From Stylophora pistillata (taxonomy: Eukaryota): DNA of 64,000 nt. Shown piece after piece: positions 1 to 22,578 of the stretch (positions within the stretch are counted from its first letter, which is position 1; every line of letters starts with the position of its first letter). The notes under the pieces are model-generated. The model was not told the origin of the DNA, did no database searches, and saw nothing but the letters and a program-made list of their open reading frames with translations. Position numbers and translations under genes: made by a program. The stretch lies in NCBI RefSeq assembly GCF_002571385.2, contig NW_019217794.1, positions 135,972-199,971 of the forward strand, in the 5' to 3' direction.

Positions 1-42
1 GAGAGAGAGAGGAGAGAGAGAGGAGAGAGAGAGGAGAGAGAG
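1..42. repeat. (GA)n microsatellite
   Basis: Interrupted GA run at window start. Confidence 0.9.
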
Positions 43-55
43 AAGCACAAGATAC

Positions 56-9987
<9,932 letters not shown>

Positions 9988-12900
9988 AGATCCCCGCTGG
10001 GAGGAAAATAATTGAATAAACAGTAAAACGATGTGGTAAAATGGATGATATCAAACTTGGCAGATAAATGACTGAGAGTTCAACTTGCGTAATTTATGCA
10101 AACGCGGGAAATGTCTTATTCATTTGGTGATTGAGAAACCAAACAAAAATGAACTCTATCTAACTCATGTGTTTAACCTACAGGGCATAGTTCACTGTTT
10201 TAAGACGATCTGAGGATAAATATAATTGATAACCGCGTGATTTAGTTGTGCACTAATTAATGAGGCCGGCCAGTCATGGCAATTGAGCGAAGCAACGTGA
10301 ATTAATTTACCTGCGAAAAAGCTCTCTTTGCCAAGTTGCAAGTGACGCACGAAAAGAATATCTGCGAGATCGTTACAGAATTTCTCGTAAGCCATGCCAG
10401 CTAAAATATACGAAGCCGAAAAAGGAAGGGAAGTGAAGAGCAAAAACACAGGAGAGTGAAGTTTTTATTCGCTTTCAATGATCATTTCACCAAGTGGTTG
10501 GTGAAGCCGAGAAAGTTATCTCGGAAAACTTATCACCTTTTAGGATTTCTCCCGTCTGAGTTTCCTTCGCTGATTGTTAATTCCGCAAAAAAAAACTATT
10601 CATCCACAATTATTCACATCAAAATTCTATGCTATTTTCACATGAGATGGCGCTATCCGTAGAATTTAAAAATATGCACTAAATTTAATGCACTCTGACG
10701 TACAAAATCCAAGAAAAACTTAATTGAGAACTCTCAAAAATATTGTAGTTTGCACAAAGATCCTATATTAAAACTTCTTCACTGCATTGACCAAATCCAA
10801 TTATATAGATCAACTTATTTCCGCCAAAAGGTCTGCAAATACGTCACAATGAATTAAATGCTTATCTCTATATATAGAATAGTCGAATACTTTGTATAGC
10901 TCCTCGACGACATTTTAAACCACAATTGAGGGGCAGAAGCAAAACGAATCTATATACTGCGGGAATGTGTCACAAAATGCATGTAATTTTTAGTGACAAC
11001 AGTTTAGTAAATTCATTTAAAAGTTCGCAAAAGAGTGCTCAATTCAAAACTTGCTGGATAAAGCCTTAGTTCATGATTTCGGCCAATTTTCATTTGTTGC
11101 GTGTTTTACCATATGCATTCAGCGAGTGTTAAAAAGAATTTGGTTCGAATATAACATAATAACTCCGTCATGTTTGTATCTTAAAATATCGGCCTAGAAA
11201 AACTGTCAGTGGTAAAAGAAGAAAAAAACCAGACTGAATATTTTACTGCTCATACTGGTGTACAGCTGTGGTGTCACGTGACATACTTATCTTTTTGGCT
11301 CTTGTGGCTTGCATGTCGTCAATTGTTCGTCTCGTTAGGTATTGTGCTTGCGACTGGTTCTTTACGAAAGAAATAGCTACTTTGCCTTGAAATTGCTATG
11401 CGTCTGATACGCGGGATGTTTTTAAAGCTTCATTGCTGAAAGAGAGAAATCTATGACTAAGAAGCACCCTTACTTCTGTCAGAATTGAGGCTTCCAGGAG
11501 TTAAATGCAGTCGTGAAGATTTAGCTTTACTCACAGAAATTAATAGCTAAATATCAAGCGCCCATCGAAAATATTGAAAACGCATTAAGACTGAAATCTG
11601 AAAGATGGCACGGAAACTGTTTTGAGCTTAAGAAAGAAAACCATCGAAAAATGATGATGCTTTGAATAAGGCCACATTTGATTATATGATTGTTTTGTTC
11701 GTTTGTACGGAAGTTGGTGTTTCGAATTTCAGGAGCGCGCGCAGCATGTGACGGAAGCGACCGCAGGCTAAAGACCCCAAGTATTGCTTCCAAATGACCC
11801 CATCACGTGACTTAATGTATTTTGAAATCACTAAATGAACTTCAGACTATCCCTCCTAGCAACGTCTTGGACTTATTGCGAACGAAGTCAAGCCGAGATT
11901 GACCATGTGTTTATCATTTGTTCACATTCGGCCATCTTTTCACACGCCAACCATTCTGGCACCGAGAAATTTTTTAGAGAATTAAAACCAATTTTTTGAC
12001 ATCGCGTTGATACAAGCGCAAGCCAATAACTCATAATAAACAAAACAATTACAACAACAATGTCCAGCTTTCCTTCGAGCAAGCGTCTAACTTTCTTTAC
12101 AGGTCACCAAGAAACTGTAGTACAAGCATTTTCCCGTGAATTCCTAACTAGCCTTTTTGGCGATACTTCCATTTATTAGAACAGTGATTCGTTGAACGAC
12201 GGTATAACGCGGGTAGTGAACTGAACCAAAATAGTTCTTAAGCTGCGCGTCGTTACGATGTTAAAATAGTAAGTAGTTAGCCCCTAAAAAGTTACACTTG
12301 TTCCCGGGCTCTACGCTGAAAAAAAAAAGGTTAGAGCTCTTTTAGCCTGCAAATATTAGCGGCCAGCAGTAATTCCTAAGCTTTCAAATTTTTCTACACT
12401 AAACATATGGCACTCTTATCGCGTTTACCTAAACTGTAAGATTAATTTAATTTTTTTCTGATCGTTTTGGGCAATAGATGTGGAGCAGTTAACTTCTGTC
12501 CGACTGTGGTAGGCGGGTATTTAACGCCGAGCCTACACTGCTTATCTTGCTGAAGGAATCATTCCACACCCGCTGTTTCAGTTTGCAGTACTTGAAAGGT
12601 GCTCATTATACAGACGAAAACACCGTCATAAATGTTTGAGTTAGACTCAAAAAGTATGACATCAAGCAGTAAGCGGAAAACCATAAGAAAACATGGAAAA
12701 TCGCATTAAGGATTTAAGCGTTTGTTAGACATGACGAAAGCTCGCTTTTCTAGCCCAAGAAATTTAAATGAATACTGACCACGACTTCGATACGTAATGA
12801 AGACGTAGACCATAATGGTTTCTATCACTGTGGTATAAGCCTGTGGTTTTTCCATGCCTCGCGGCAACTGAGTGAATATGAAATTTAGGAACTGATTGCT

Positions 12901-14855
12901 ACTGTAAGATATTGAAAATGTAAACGAATGAAGATCTGAGTTTTAGCACTATTATTACTTTATGAGTTTCTGCGGATTCTTCTCCGATCAAATTTAATAT
13001 AAGTTTGCGACTAAGTTGTTCGGAAATCGTCAACATTTTAAAGGGGATAATCTGGAATATATGAATATTTGTAGTCATTCAAACACGAGGTTGTCGGTGA
13101 AGCGATTTGAAAACAGACCATCATTGTCTTGAATTTGAAAGCGAAGGGAGATTCTATTTCAAAGTACTGGATTGCTTCTTGTTTTCGAAGAAGCATTCTG
13201 ATGTTTTTTTTAATACGACTTTTGAATCCCAGTATCACAGGTTTTTCTCTTATTCGTAATAATTTTCCCCCTTGCCATATCCTTGCCTAGATCTATAGAC
13301 CGGTTCCGGACAAACTTAAAACCGCAAATGAACTGAATAATATATAGATTTTCGATCCTATTCTGAAATGCTTCAAACAAGCTACTGAGCGCTAATGAAA
13401 AAAGGCTTCAATTATCAAATCCATGCAAAATTCAAGCGCTAAGTATAGTTCTTAAAAAAATCACAAAATCTAGTAAAATTATCCACAGCTCACAAGGCTT
13501 TTCGATCAGTTGAGAACCGATTCGAACATTACAATGAGTACTCCACATAATTAAATAACTCTAACATTAAAAAGCGAAACTAATCCTTATACCTCTTGCA
13601 CCAGAGACTAACTTGTTTTCAGTCACTCTCCAGTCGCTAAAAATCTCGTTCCATAGCAAAACCAACCACTAAATAAATTCTGACACCTCTTCCTCAAAGG
13701 AAACGCCGGCTAAGTCTCCCAAGCAACTATATACATGTAGCTGTAGCGGACATTTTTATTTTAAAGAACCAGTAAGAATCGATGTCATTGTAAAATATTT
13801 TTGCACCTGGTGGTTTACAGCATGATGTCGCACCTGCTGGCTCAACCCGTCCCACCCCTCCCTTGTGCATTTTAATGATATTGAAGATTCCAGTGCGTCT
13901 CTTATATTACCTGGTCGAGATGGGTACTGGGTCACATCTTTCTTATGTACTGTCGGATGTATTTTTTCAGACTTGAAGAGATGTCTTCCGTTTACAAAAT
14001 TATAATACTAAAGTCCCACCATTTTCTTTCACTTATAAATTTTTTGCACCTAAACACAGAACAAAATTCAAACAGCCCCCCCAAGAAATAGTGATAAAAG
14101 TGATTTATTGTAGAAGTGTAAGGTATTTACAAGCTGAGTATTAGCACTGTACCTTGATTCTTGTTCTTTGCAGAACACTAGGATAATACTCTTGAAACTC
14201 TTTTTAAAATAAATTTTTAGACACACATCCTGTCCCTCCCTCCCAGAGTCAAGTTTCTTCCAATGCACGTCACTCTTTCATCTTTCAACTACACTAGAGA
14301 AATTTAATGAATCTTATCCAGATATTAACAAACAAGTTTCCTTTATCTGTACTCTTGCTTGCTCTCACTTAAATTTTCACATCTTATTCAACAACCAGTG
14401 CAAAAATGTATTAATATATTAATTGACTTGTTTTTAGAGGTGCAAATATTTTTTTAGAATCACACACCAATGTTCGAAAAACGCAACAGAGGTTTCACTT
14501 AAATACCTGAGTCCAGTATTCTATCCTTTCCTGTTTTCATACAAATCAGAGTAAAATAAAACCAATGATTTTCTTATTTGCTATAATCCTCGCTAAAAAG
14601 GGAATATTCCGGTATGTATTGTGACAAGATAAAAGATGTCTAAGAAATGCATTACTCCCGATTCTGATTTTTTCTTAAACCAGCCTTTAGAACAGTAAGA
14701 GAGGCAAAGGAAAATTTAGATTTAAACCTCAAATCCTCAATTTCATGTCCAGAATCGAAAGTTATTCAATTTTACTTTTAAATAAAATGCTTTTTCGAAA
14801 AAAAAATCTCCAAATATCTCTTATCAGTGTTCTGTTGTCAATTTCAAATTATTAT

Positions 14856-14869
14856 GTTGCCTTGGTAAC
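14856..14869. promoter_or_regulatory. RFX X-box just 3' of the tektin stop codon
   Basis: GTTGCCTTGGTAAC matches GTNRCC(N0-3)RGYAAC. Confidence 0.55.
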
Positions 14870-14881
14870 AGTTCTGTTTCT

Positions 14882-15238
14882 TTAGTGAGAAATATGGCGG
14901 ACTTGTTGCCTGATGACCATGCACTGATCGCGGTCAATGAAAAGGCTGTTGGTCTTGACTTCAATATCATCTTCTAATCGCTCCTTGTTCCTCAGCAATG
15001 CCATGAGGGAAGCCTCCGCTTCAGCCAAACGCATGCGCAGACGGTCAATTGAAACACTGATCTCACCGACTTCTCCGACCAATCGGTATTGCACGGGATC
15101 TCTACACAGCTCAACATTGGGTCTCAAAGAACGCTTGTCTAAGCGGGTGTGGGCAACTTTGAGTGGGTTTTCTTTATCAGCAATGGCTTGTCTGAGATCC
15201 CGGACGTTGTTCTCCATAGAAGCTATTTCATCCATAAC
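14882..15238 (-). CDS. TEKT1: Tektin exon 5 (last)
   Basis: VMDEIASMENN...RPNVELCRD...VRHISH*. Confidence 0.94.
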   Translation of the reverse strand, partial: VMDEIASMENNVRDLRQAIADKENPLKVAHTRLDKRSLRPNVELCRDPVQYRLVGEVGEISVSIDRLRMRLAEAEASLMALLRNKERLEDDIEVKTNSLFIDRDQCMVIRQQVRHISH

Positions 15239-18200
15239 CTATAATAGAGAAATTCGAGTTTAGGTACAAAAGCAGTGAAATTTAATTTCGGAGTTACCTT
15301 TCTCAATCTCTACAGACATACTTGCCACAAATGAGTCTGTATACGCTAAATATGACCCACACACTCTTAGGAACATTTTGTTCGTCTACGAAATGCCATT
15401 TACAAACTGGCAGGCAAAGTTGGAAGAGGGGCAAGAGAACAGGCAAGCGGTGCTTCAAAAGGTGTCCAAGCGAACTATGTTTGGAAGAGAATGTCAGTTC
15501 TGTACGCCAGTGGTAGAAAGAGGAACGAGAAATCGGAAGGGTTGTACATGTAGTTGGAATCATCACGAGGTTTTAGATTTTCTTGGTCCCACAATCGTAA
15601 AAAATGTTTAACAGCGTTTAGCATCTTAAGTTGTAAAATTGTTAATCAGTCGATCTCCAAAACAAAACCCTTCACTTACTTGACTTCGAGATGGAATCTA
15701 AATGCCTCCTTGTGACATTTTGCTTGATTCTGATTGGCTACTATGATTTAACTTACTTTTAATTTGACCTAACGACACTCAGCCCAAAATTCAATTTAAC
15801 ATATAAAATAACTCTTACCCTGGCCAATTCTTTCTCGAGCGACCTCTTAGCAGTCACAGTCTCTTCAATACGCTTGCTGAATTCATTGTTGACAGTCTCA
15901 AATATGTTCCTGAGGTCGACATAAGTCTGCATTAATATTCCATTAATCTCTGATCTCAGAGCCACCGATGCCTTGCGCTCTCGTTCTGCTTTGGCAATGT
16001 TCTCTGAAGAATAGGCCTCCCATTCATCTGGGGTGAAAGAGCTGGAAGATTTTCACAGGAGCAAATTAGTGAGGGTTGTTTAAACAGAAAAACGCCACTA
16101 AAGAGAATTTCAACGAGCTGTTCCCATGTAAAGCTGGTTTTTGGCCTAGCTGGCTAACGAAATCTTTGTAACCCAGAGGAATCTTAGGTTCAAACCCTCA
16201 GCGAACTCGCAACTTTTGTTTGTCTGACTGTCGAGGCAAATGTTCAATATCACTTTAGCAGTAAATGTCGTTTCACTTTGAGATTCGTAATATATGATTC
16301 TACATTCTCGCTCTATCTGGCTACTTTATATATCCTCCTAAATTAGTAAAGAGAATTTAGTGTTACATTTCAATCGATAAGTAAAATTGCTTATTCTTGG
16401 TGCCTTTCAGCCGAATGTTTTCTTGAAATTTAAAGGAAAAATTATATATTTAACATTCTAGGAGCAGGAGGGAAGTCTCCAAGGGCTTGTTTCCCTATTT
16501 TCATTTAAAAAACGTAACCGAGTTTCAAAAAAGAATTTACTCTAATTCGTTTGGTTGTCTCGTTTTTATTGCAGAAAATCTGAATTTGTAATCTAAAGAT
16601 TAGTTGACAAATTATAGCGAGGTTTTGTTGATATAGCTCAGGGGCCTGGGTAGGTCACGCAACGACTCTCGCTGCGTTGCGTGAGTAATATTGAAAATTC
16701 ACATAACAAGGGAAACTGATTCAAATTAACTTACTGCTGTTGAATCGTGACCGAGTGAGGCGCAAAATGGATGTCCTTGGAGAAGTTGGTCAGCGTGGAG
16801 CATTTTCCATCAATTCCGAGGGACCCGTATTTGTCTCCAAGATCTTTTTCCAGCAGTGTCTTAGCAGAACGTAGCAACCTTACAGAAAAAAAAAAAGTGT
16901 AGTTGCGTGACCTTATCAAGAAACACTATTGTGAATTACTCTTTAATCTCTAAGAGTGACTAGCATTAAATTTCTTCCAACATTATCACTCTGAATCAAA
17001 CATTAACGTCCGGAGAATGAAGGAAACGATCACCAACTTAAGAGGCTTTTCATTATTAAATAAATTCTCCTTGTGAGCACCTTTGGGAATGGTATAAAGA
17101 ACACTGTGGAAAACAGGCATAGTTTTTTTTATGTCCATCTCTTGAGTCAGCGGTAAAGTTGGACATTCGGCAACCGTTTTCAGACCTTTCCATTCACGAT
17201 CTTTCTGAAGCTGACGAGGAGTCCTTAAATACAAAAATTTCGCTCAGCGAGATTTGTATAGTAAAGCTAAAAATGCTGAAATTACAGGCATTGTCTAAGA
17301 TATGCTTGCAATTCCAGTAACGATGTAACTCCAAATTTTAAGCGGACCAGTCGGAACAGCTGCGAACGTGATCTGTTAATAGGAAGCTTTTTGCCAATCG
17401 CGTCTAAGTGATATGTTTGTCTGTCAACAGAAATTTAGCTTCGTTCCTGATTTACGCATGAAAATATTTTAAACAATAGATGTCAGAGTGGTGGGATGAC
17501 CTTGATGTTTATGCGAAATGAAGTGGAATTAGGGTGAGCTTGGAAACCTACCACAGCTGTTCGTGAGCTTGATCCATCGTTTTCTTGAGCAAGGCCCGCA
17601 CGTTCTCGATCATTTCCACTTCCTACATAAAAGGAAAAATAAAACGCCATTAAGTTTTCCGATTTCAAACAAAGCGATTGGGGAACCTGACGAATCATAC
17701 AGACTTTATTTTAAGCCACGAGATTTGAGCGTTGGATTGGCAAAAATATTTAAAAAGAATTGAGAAACTGTGCATATCTATCGCGACATTGCTTATTACA
17801 CATGCTCACACTGAGCTCAAACTACGGGCGAAGAGGGGCTAGTTGCCATAGTGACCAATTCGTTTATCGTGTGATAACTCGTTATAGTTTATCTTGTACT
17901 ATTCTCTGCGATCGAATAAAACTTAAAAATGGACAGGAGGTGACATTTACACTCCAGTACTTTAAGATTTTTCAAATATGCACAAGTATCATGGTTCCTT
18001 GCGTTTTCAGCTCGCGCTCCGTCTGATATCACATTAAACTTCCCTCGTTGTACAAACACTAGCGAAGCGTTACTGACGCACAATGAGCCATTTATTGTTT
18101 TCTATTTGAACAACTATAAGGAAAAGATCGACCGGGAAATATCTGTGATTATCACAGGAAAAATTTTTTTTCATTTTAACATTCAAGACCCAAGTAGTAG

Positions 18201-19319
18201 TCTGAATGGTTTCTTCGAACCAAATTACTCCATACAACCGAAATAGAAAACAAAACATCTTGCTATAAACAAAAAGTCGGTATTGTCATGTATTGAAAGA
18301 ATTATCATAATGGACATGAAGACCATTATATATTAGCACCGAGATATCGCTAATTCGTAGATTCACTAGGTGTTTTCAGGCTGTGTAATCGAAGTCAGAC
18401 GAAAAATAAATTGTCATCTGAAACCACCGAACGATTTCTTGCGCGACCAATAAATCAACACTTAAAATCTTAGAGCTACACGCAACATTTTAAGTTCTAA
18501 AAACATATAACATTGCACATTGGAACAATGCCCACCACTTCTTCATCTTAAATTTCCCACTGAAATCATTAGCGAAATTAAGAAGGATAAGAAATAATTC
18601 ACTCTGAATCGAGTCAATTTAACAAAATTTATCGATATTGGCTCCAGAGCGAAAATAACCGTGAATTTCCGTACCTTGCTGATATGGGTTTCCACGTTAT
18701 CATGAACAAGATCGATTTTGACTCTCCTCTCTCTGTAATCCAGACATTGTTTTGCGACATTCAGGGGCTTCTCTGTGGCAGCCAAAGCCTTCTCCAAGCG
18801 GCCGATAAACGCCTGAAGGGCCTTGATTTCGGCAACCGTTTCTGCATGTTGTTTCTCGAGTTCATTCTTCCAGTAAGATATATCATGGATACGATGCTCC
18901 AGCTTCTTGTTGACATCTGTTTGCGTTCGATGCGTAAGAAGGGCTGTCTCTGTTCGAAGCCGCGCACAATCATCACGAAGCCTCTCCGCTGTCGCTCGTT
19001 CCTTCTCGCCAGATGAAACATTAAGAATGTTCGAAGTTCGCCATTGCTGTGGGGTATACTTGTGTATTGCTCGCTGCGTGACGGCTGTGTACGGCAAATG
19101 TTCTAATCCAGTGGAAGAGCCGTTCAGAATCTTGGACGGAAATTCAAAAGATCTCGACAGAGGCCGGAGGGAATAATGAGGTGATGTGTACGGCCGGCCA
19201 GTTTGGAATGATGCGGTGTAAGTCGTCTCATATGGTCCACCTGGCGGCCTTAGATATGGAGGCGGATCGAAGGACGACGAAGAAAGAAACTTGGCTGTTT
19301 CTACAAACGACTCCGTCAT
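14882..19319 (-). CDS. TEKT1: Tektin (tektin-1-like, tektin-1/3/4/5 group), complete, 479 aa
   Basis: Five phase-consistent exons 19319-18675, 17622-17552, 16878-16735, 16041-15819, 15238-14882 (1440 nt). Tektin signature RPNVELCRD; QTDVNKKLEHR and IDLVHDNVE motifs. Confidence 0.93.
15819..16041 (-). CDS. TEKT1: Tektin exon 4
   Basis: SFTPDEWEAYSSENIAKAERERKAS...LEKELAR|gtaaga. Confidence 0.92.
16735..16878 (-). CDS. TEKT1: Tektin exon 3
   Basis: LLRSAKTLLEKDLGDKYGSLGIDGKC...IQQ. Confidence 0.9.
17552..17622 (-). CDS. TEKT1: Tektin exon 2
   Basis: EVEMIENVRALLKKTMDQAHEQL, tag/gtaggt boundaries. Confidence 0.88.
17842..17855. promoter_or_regulatory. RFX X-box in tektin intron 1
   Basis: GTTGCCATAGTGAC (reverse complement GTCACTATGGCAAC). 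Confidence 0.55.
18675..19319 (-). CDS. TEKT1: Tektin exon 1
   Basis: MTESFVETAK...HDNVETHISK|gtacgg. Confidence 0.92.
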
Positions 19320-19414
19320 CTCGCGTGTTCTTCCTTCTGATTAACTCCTCTGCGAAAAAAACGCGAAGATTACTCGAATTTCCTTGCTGATGAGTTCTTA
19401 GGAACTCCTTAAAA

Positions 19415-19615
19415 GTTGCTATGAGGAGTGTAAAACTATGTCTGTTTAGTGTAACCAAAACTACTATATATCCGGTGGCGTCGTTGGTTGCTACGTTACT
19501 ACACGGCCCCACCACTCGAACTCTTATTGGTACAACAGACGATACGCTGTCAAAATACTGGTTTGTGATTGGCTTCCGTAAATCCAACCGTGTTGACAAA
19601 CCTCACTTCCGGTCG
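19415..19615 (-). promoter_or_regulatory. Tektin promoter with X-box-like sites, CCAAT and ETS motifs
   Basis: GTAACGTAGCAAC (minus, 19487-19499), half-site TAGCAAC near 19415-19421, TGTTTA near 19443, CCAAT near 19568, CCGGAAGTG near 19604. Confidence 0.55.
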
Positions 19616-22224
19616 TTTGAAAAGCCACGTGCCAGTCTGTTTTGTAGAGACGGGAAAATGTTTTTAGAAATAACGAATATTACAGTGTGAGATACGAAGA
19701 AAATTTAGGAAATTTTCACAGAACTTATGTTATTTTTCTTCAGAGCAGACGAAGATTATTCATAAATACTTTATAAACTCCGGCCCTTAATTAATGTCTT
19801 TTGTTCACGCGAACCGCGAATCATTTGCGATGATAACTGCCAATTCATTCCTGGAGCTCATTTTTTGAGGATTAGGATAAAAATGTTTACAAACTTACAG
19901 CACAGTCTGGTACAAGGCCATTTTCATCGACAGCATTGGAATCATTCCTGCACTCAACTATAACGTGTTCTACAGGCAAAGTTCTTAATTTATCTTTTCG
20001 GCAGGTGTTATGAAGTTTCCATAAATACTTCTTTGTTAGAGTTTTGAAATATCTGTCAAAGCTTAATAGTTTCGGAGCTAGATATCACAGCTGGAGTTTC
20101 GCAAGCCTATTGTATACATCTTATTCTGATAATAACTGTTTTCGAGATAGTTGATGTATCACTTTGCGGCACTACTTTATATTTCCTTGAAAGCCCTATT
20201 TTAATAATTACGAGTTCTGCTTAGCAGATTAGATGATGAAATTCTGAAAGACCGCTTTAAAGCAAGTAAGGAATAGTTTGTCCTTGATGATTGAAAAACC
20301 GAGGCTTTATAGAGGAAGTTGAATTCACGAAAGCGAATATGCCCTCAGGACAGAAAAAAAAAAAACATCAATTTTAAAAATGGGTCTTTAGAATATCTTT
20401 TTATATCGCCCTTAGCATTGCCTTAGACCGGACGTTTAGAGACAAAAGTAGTCAATCCAAGGAAGATCATAAAAAAAAAACATAAAGCAACTAAGAGATA
20501 ATTGAACAGAAATTCAGAAAAATTCACGGAATATTAGTAGTTCAACTGCAAGAACAAAACAGGTGAACAGGGATAAATAACTCAGAAATTTCATATCGTC
20601 GAGGAAAAGTATCTCTTTCCATGCGTTGCCAGGAACAACGGGCTAAAAACACATCGTGCATATTAAATGAACGCGATCTGTTTGAATTTTGGAAGCTTAT
20701 GGACGATTGCAAAGTGTGCTTACAATTCTGAGACTCAATTGTTTGACACACAAGGCATTATGCCTGGGATTCTACCAGAGCCACATTCCCGCGCTTGTTA
20801 TTGGTTCATTACGTTAAAAGTTACCTTCTAAATCCTATGTTTTGTTCTTCTTTTAAGGGCTTATTGACTTGTTTTATTCTATCGTCAGTTCTTCGTATCA
20901 CCTAAATTGGATGATCTATGAAATGTTTTCATAGGCATAGCAACGTCTCAATGTAGCGCGCGCAAAATCATGCTATCGAGTGATGCGTTCATGCAGTTAG
21001 AGAAAGTTTTGAAATATTTACGTACTGTAAGAATTTGAATCTGGGTAATAAGACACAAATAGATCATGTTGCATTTTGACTGCTAAATGATCTCCAATTG
21101 CGAATGGAAAATGAGTTTTGAGCTTGCCAACCGCCTCCAGACCAAAATTTATACGATATTGACAATATTGCAGTAGTCACTTTATTGACAAGGCAAAATC
21201 AATGCTGGTTTACAAAACTTAAAGTAAGTGTAACAAACTTTGAAATATATTCTTCACCAGCAGAGTTTTAAATAACAGCCGAAAAAATGCTTAATTTTGA
21301 GACTTTGAACCGAAACATCCCGCTTAATTTTTAACGAGTTCATTAAAAGTAGACCATAATTCATTTTCACGACTTGTTATCACTGTAAACATTGGAAGCA
21401 TTAATCACGCTACCGTTGTTATCATATCAACGATTAGATAAAGACCAAAATTCAAAAACTAATCTTATAGCTAAAATATTTAAAATCTTTGGTGGTTATT
21501 ATCATGAAAGTTACACAGCTTTGATCACTTTTGACGAAAATCTGGCGATAACTTTTCAAGAAGAACGCGCGCGCTAGTTTTACCGTTGGGAAACTTTCTT
21601 GTGCGTAAAGTAAACTTTTATTTCAAATACTTATTTGATCAAGTGCCAAGACAAACTCGCGACAACGCATTCCTTGTTTCCATTGATGTACCAAGATATC
21701 CAAAAAGTTGGCGGGTATTGCATTAACTCACTTCATTGCTTTTATTTATTTATTTATTTTGGTGCTTTTATGCAAATTATCGTCATCAGCAAGTACAGTA
21801 AGAGAGTACTTTCGTTGCCTAGCAACTCGATTTGTCAACACTATGTTAGAAGAAATTTCAATCGTTAAATTTGGTGTCAATTGAAAGACTGTTTTCAGAT
21901 ATAGGTTTTGGCGAACGTTTGAGAGACTTTTAACAATTTATCTCCAATGTTTATTATAATTTTATGCATATTAGACTCTTTCCTACCTGGTAAAAGTGAT
22001 GTTATCACTCGAATATAGCTTAAGCTATTAATGGTATTACATACAAGTGTCTCATTTAAATTCGACTGCACGTGACAGATCATTAGCGAGCATTTGCGAA
22101 GAAAGGGAAGTGATTTCCTGAAACAGAAGAAAAGGAAAACGAGAAAGCAGGGAAACTGAAATGACGCGTGTATAGTCATCTTGTTATATGAACGTTGAAC
22201 GCGCGACTTGGCGCTTCAATTTAC

Positions 22225-22578
22225 AGAGACCGTAGGCAGTCACGTCGGGGACGCAGAGGGAAACGTCAATTAAAAAGTGAATTCATATTTCTGGGTGGAG
22301 TCTCACGAATGCCATTCGGGCTAAATGTTTACCGTCTCAACTTCAACCTAACGTTTATGGGCAATGTCAAGTTTCAAATGGAAACTTAAATAAATTGTTC
22401 TTGGTTTCCGTTCTCAGACCACGTAAATTTTGGCGATTTAACATTGTTTTTTCGCAGAGGACGGCTAAGAAATGTACAAAGCTTCAAAACGCACGTGCTG
22501 CGCTTTTGTTCCGCCCATTAGACCTTTTGTTTTGTTTCGTTCTCGCTGCTGTCTTCGTAGTGGCTCGCTTAAGGTCCC
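22225..22578. mobile_element. Degenerate MITE, same type as 35422-35736
   Basis: Ends agagaccgtaggc.../...gcttaaggtccc, with internal aagaaatgtacaaag...gcacgtgc shared (inverted) with the 35422 copy. Confidence 0.5.

Noticed and set aside
16140-16200. Second tRNA-like A/B box pair (TGGCCTAGCTGG...GGTTCAAACCC) in a tektin intron
   Set aside because: Too degenerate; at most an old SINE head.
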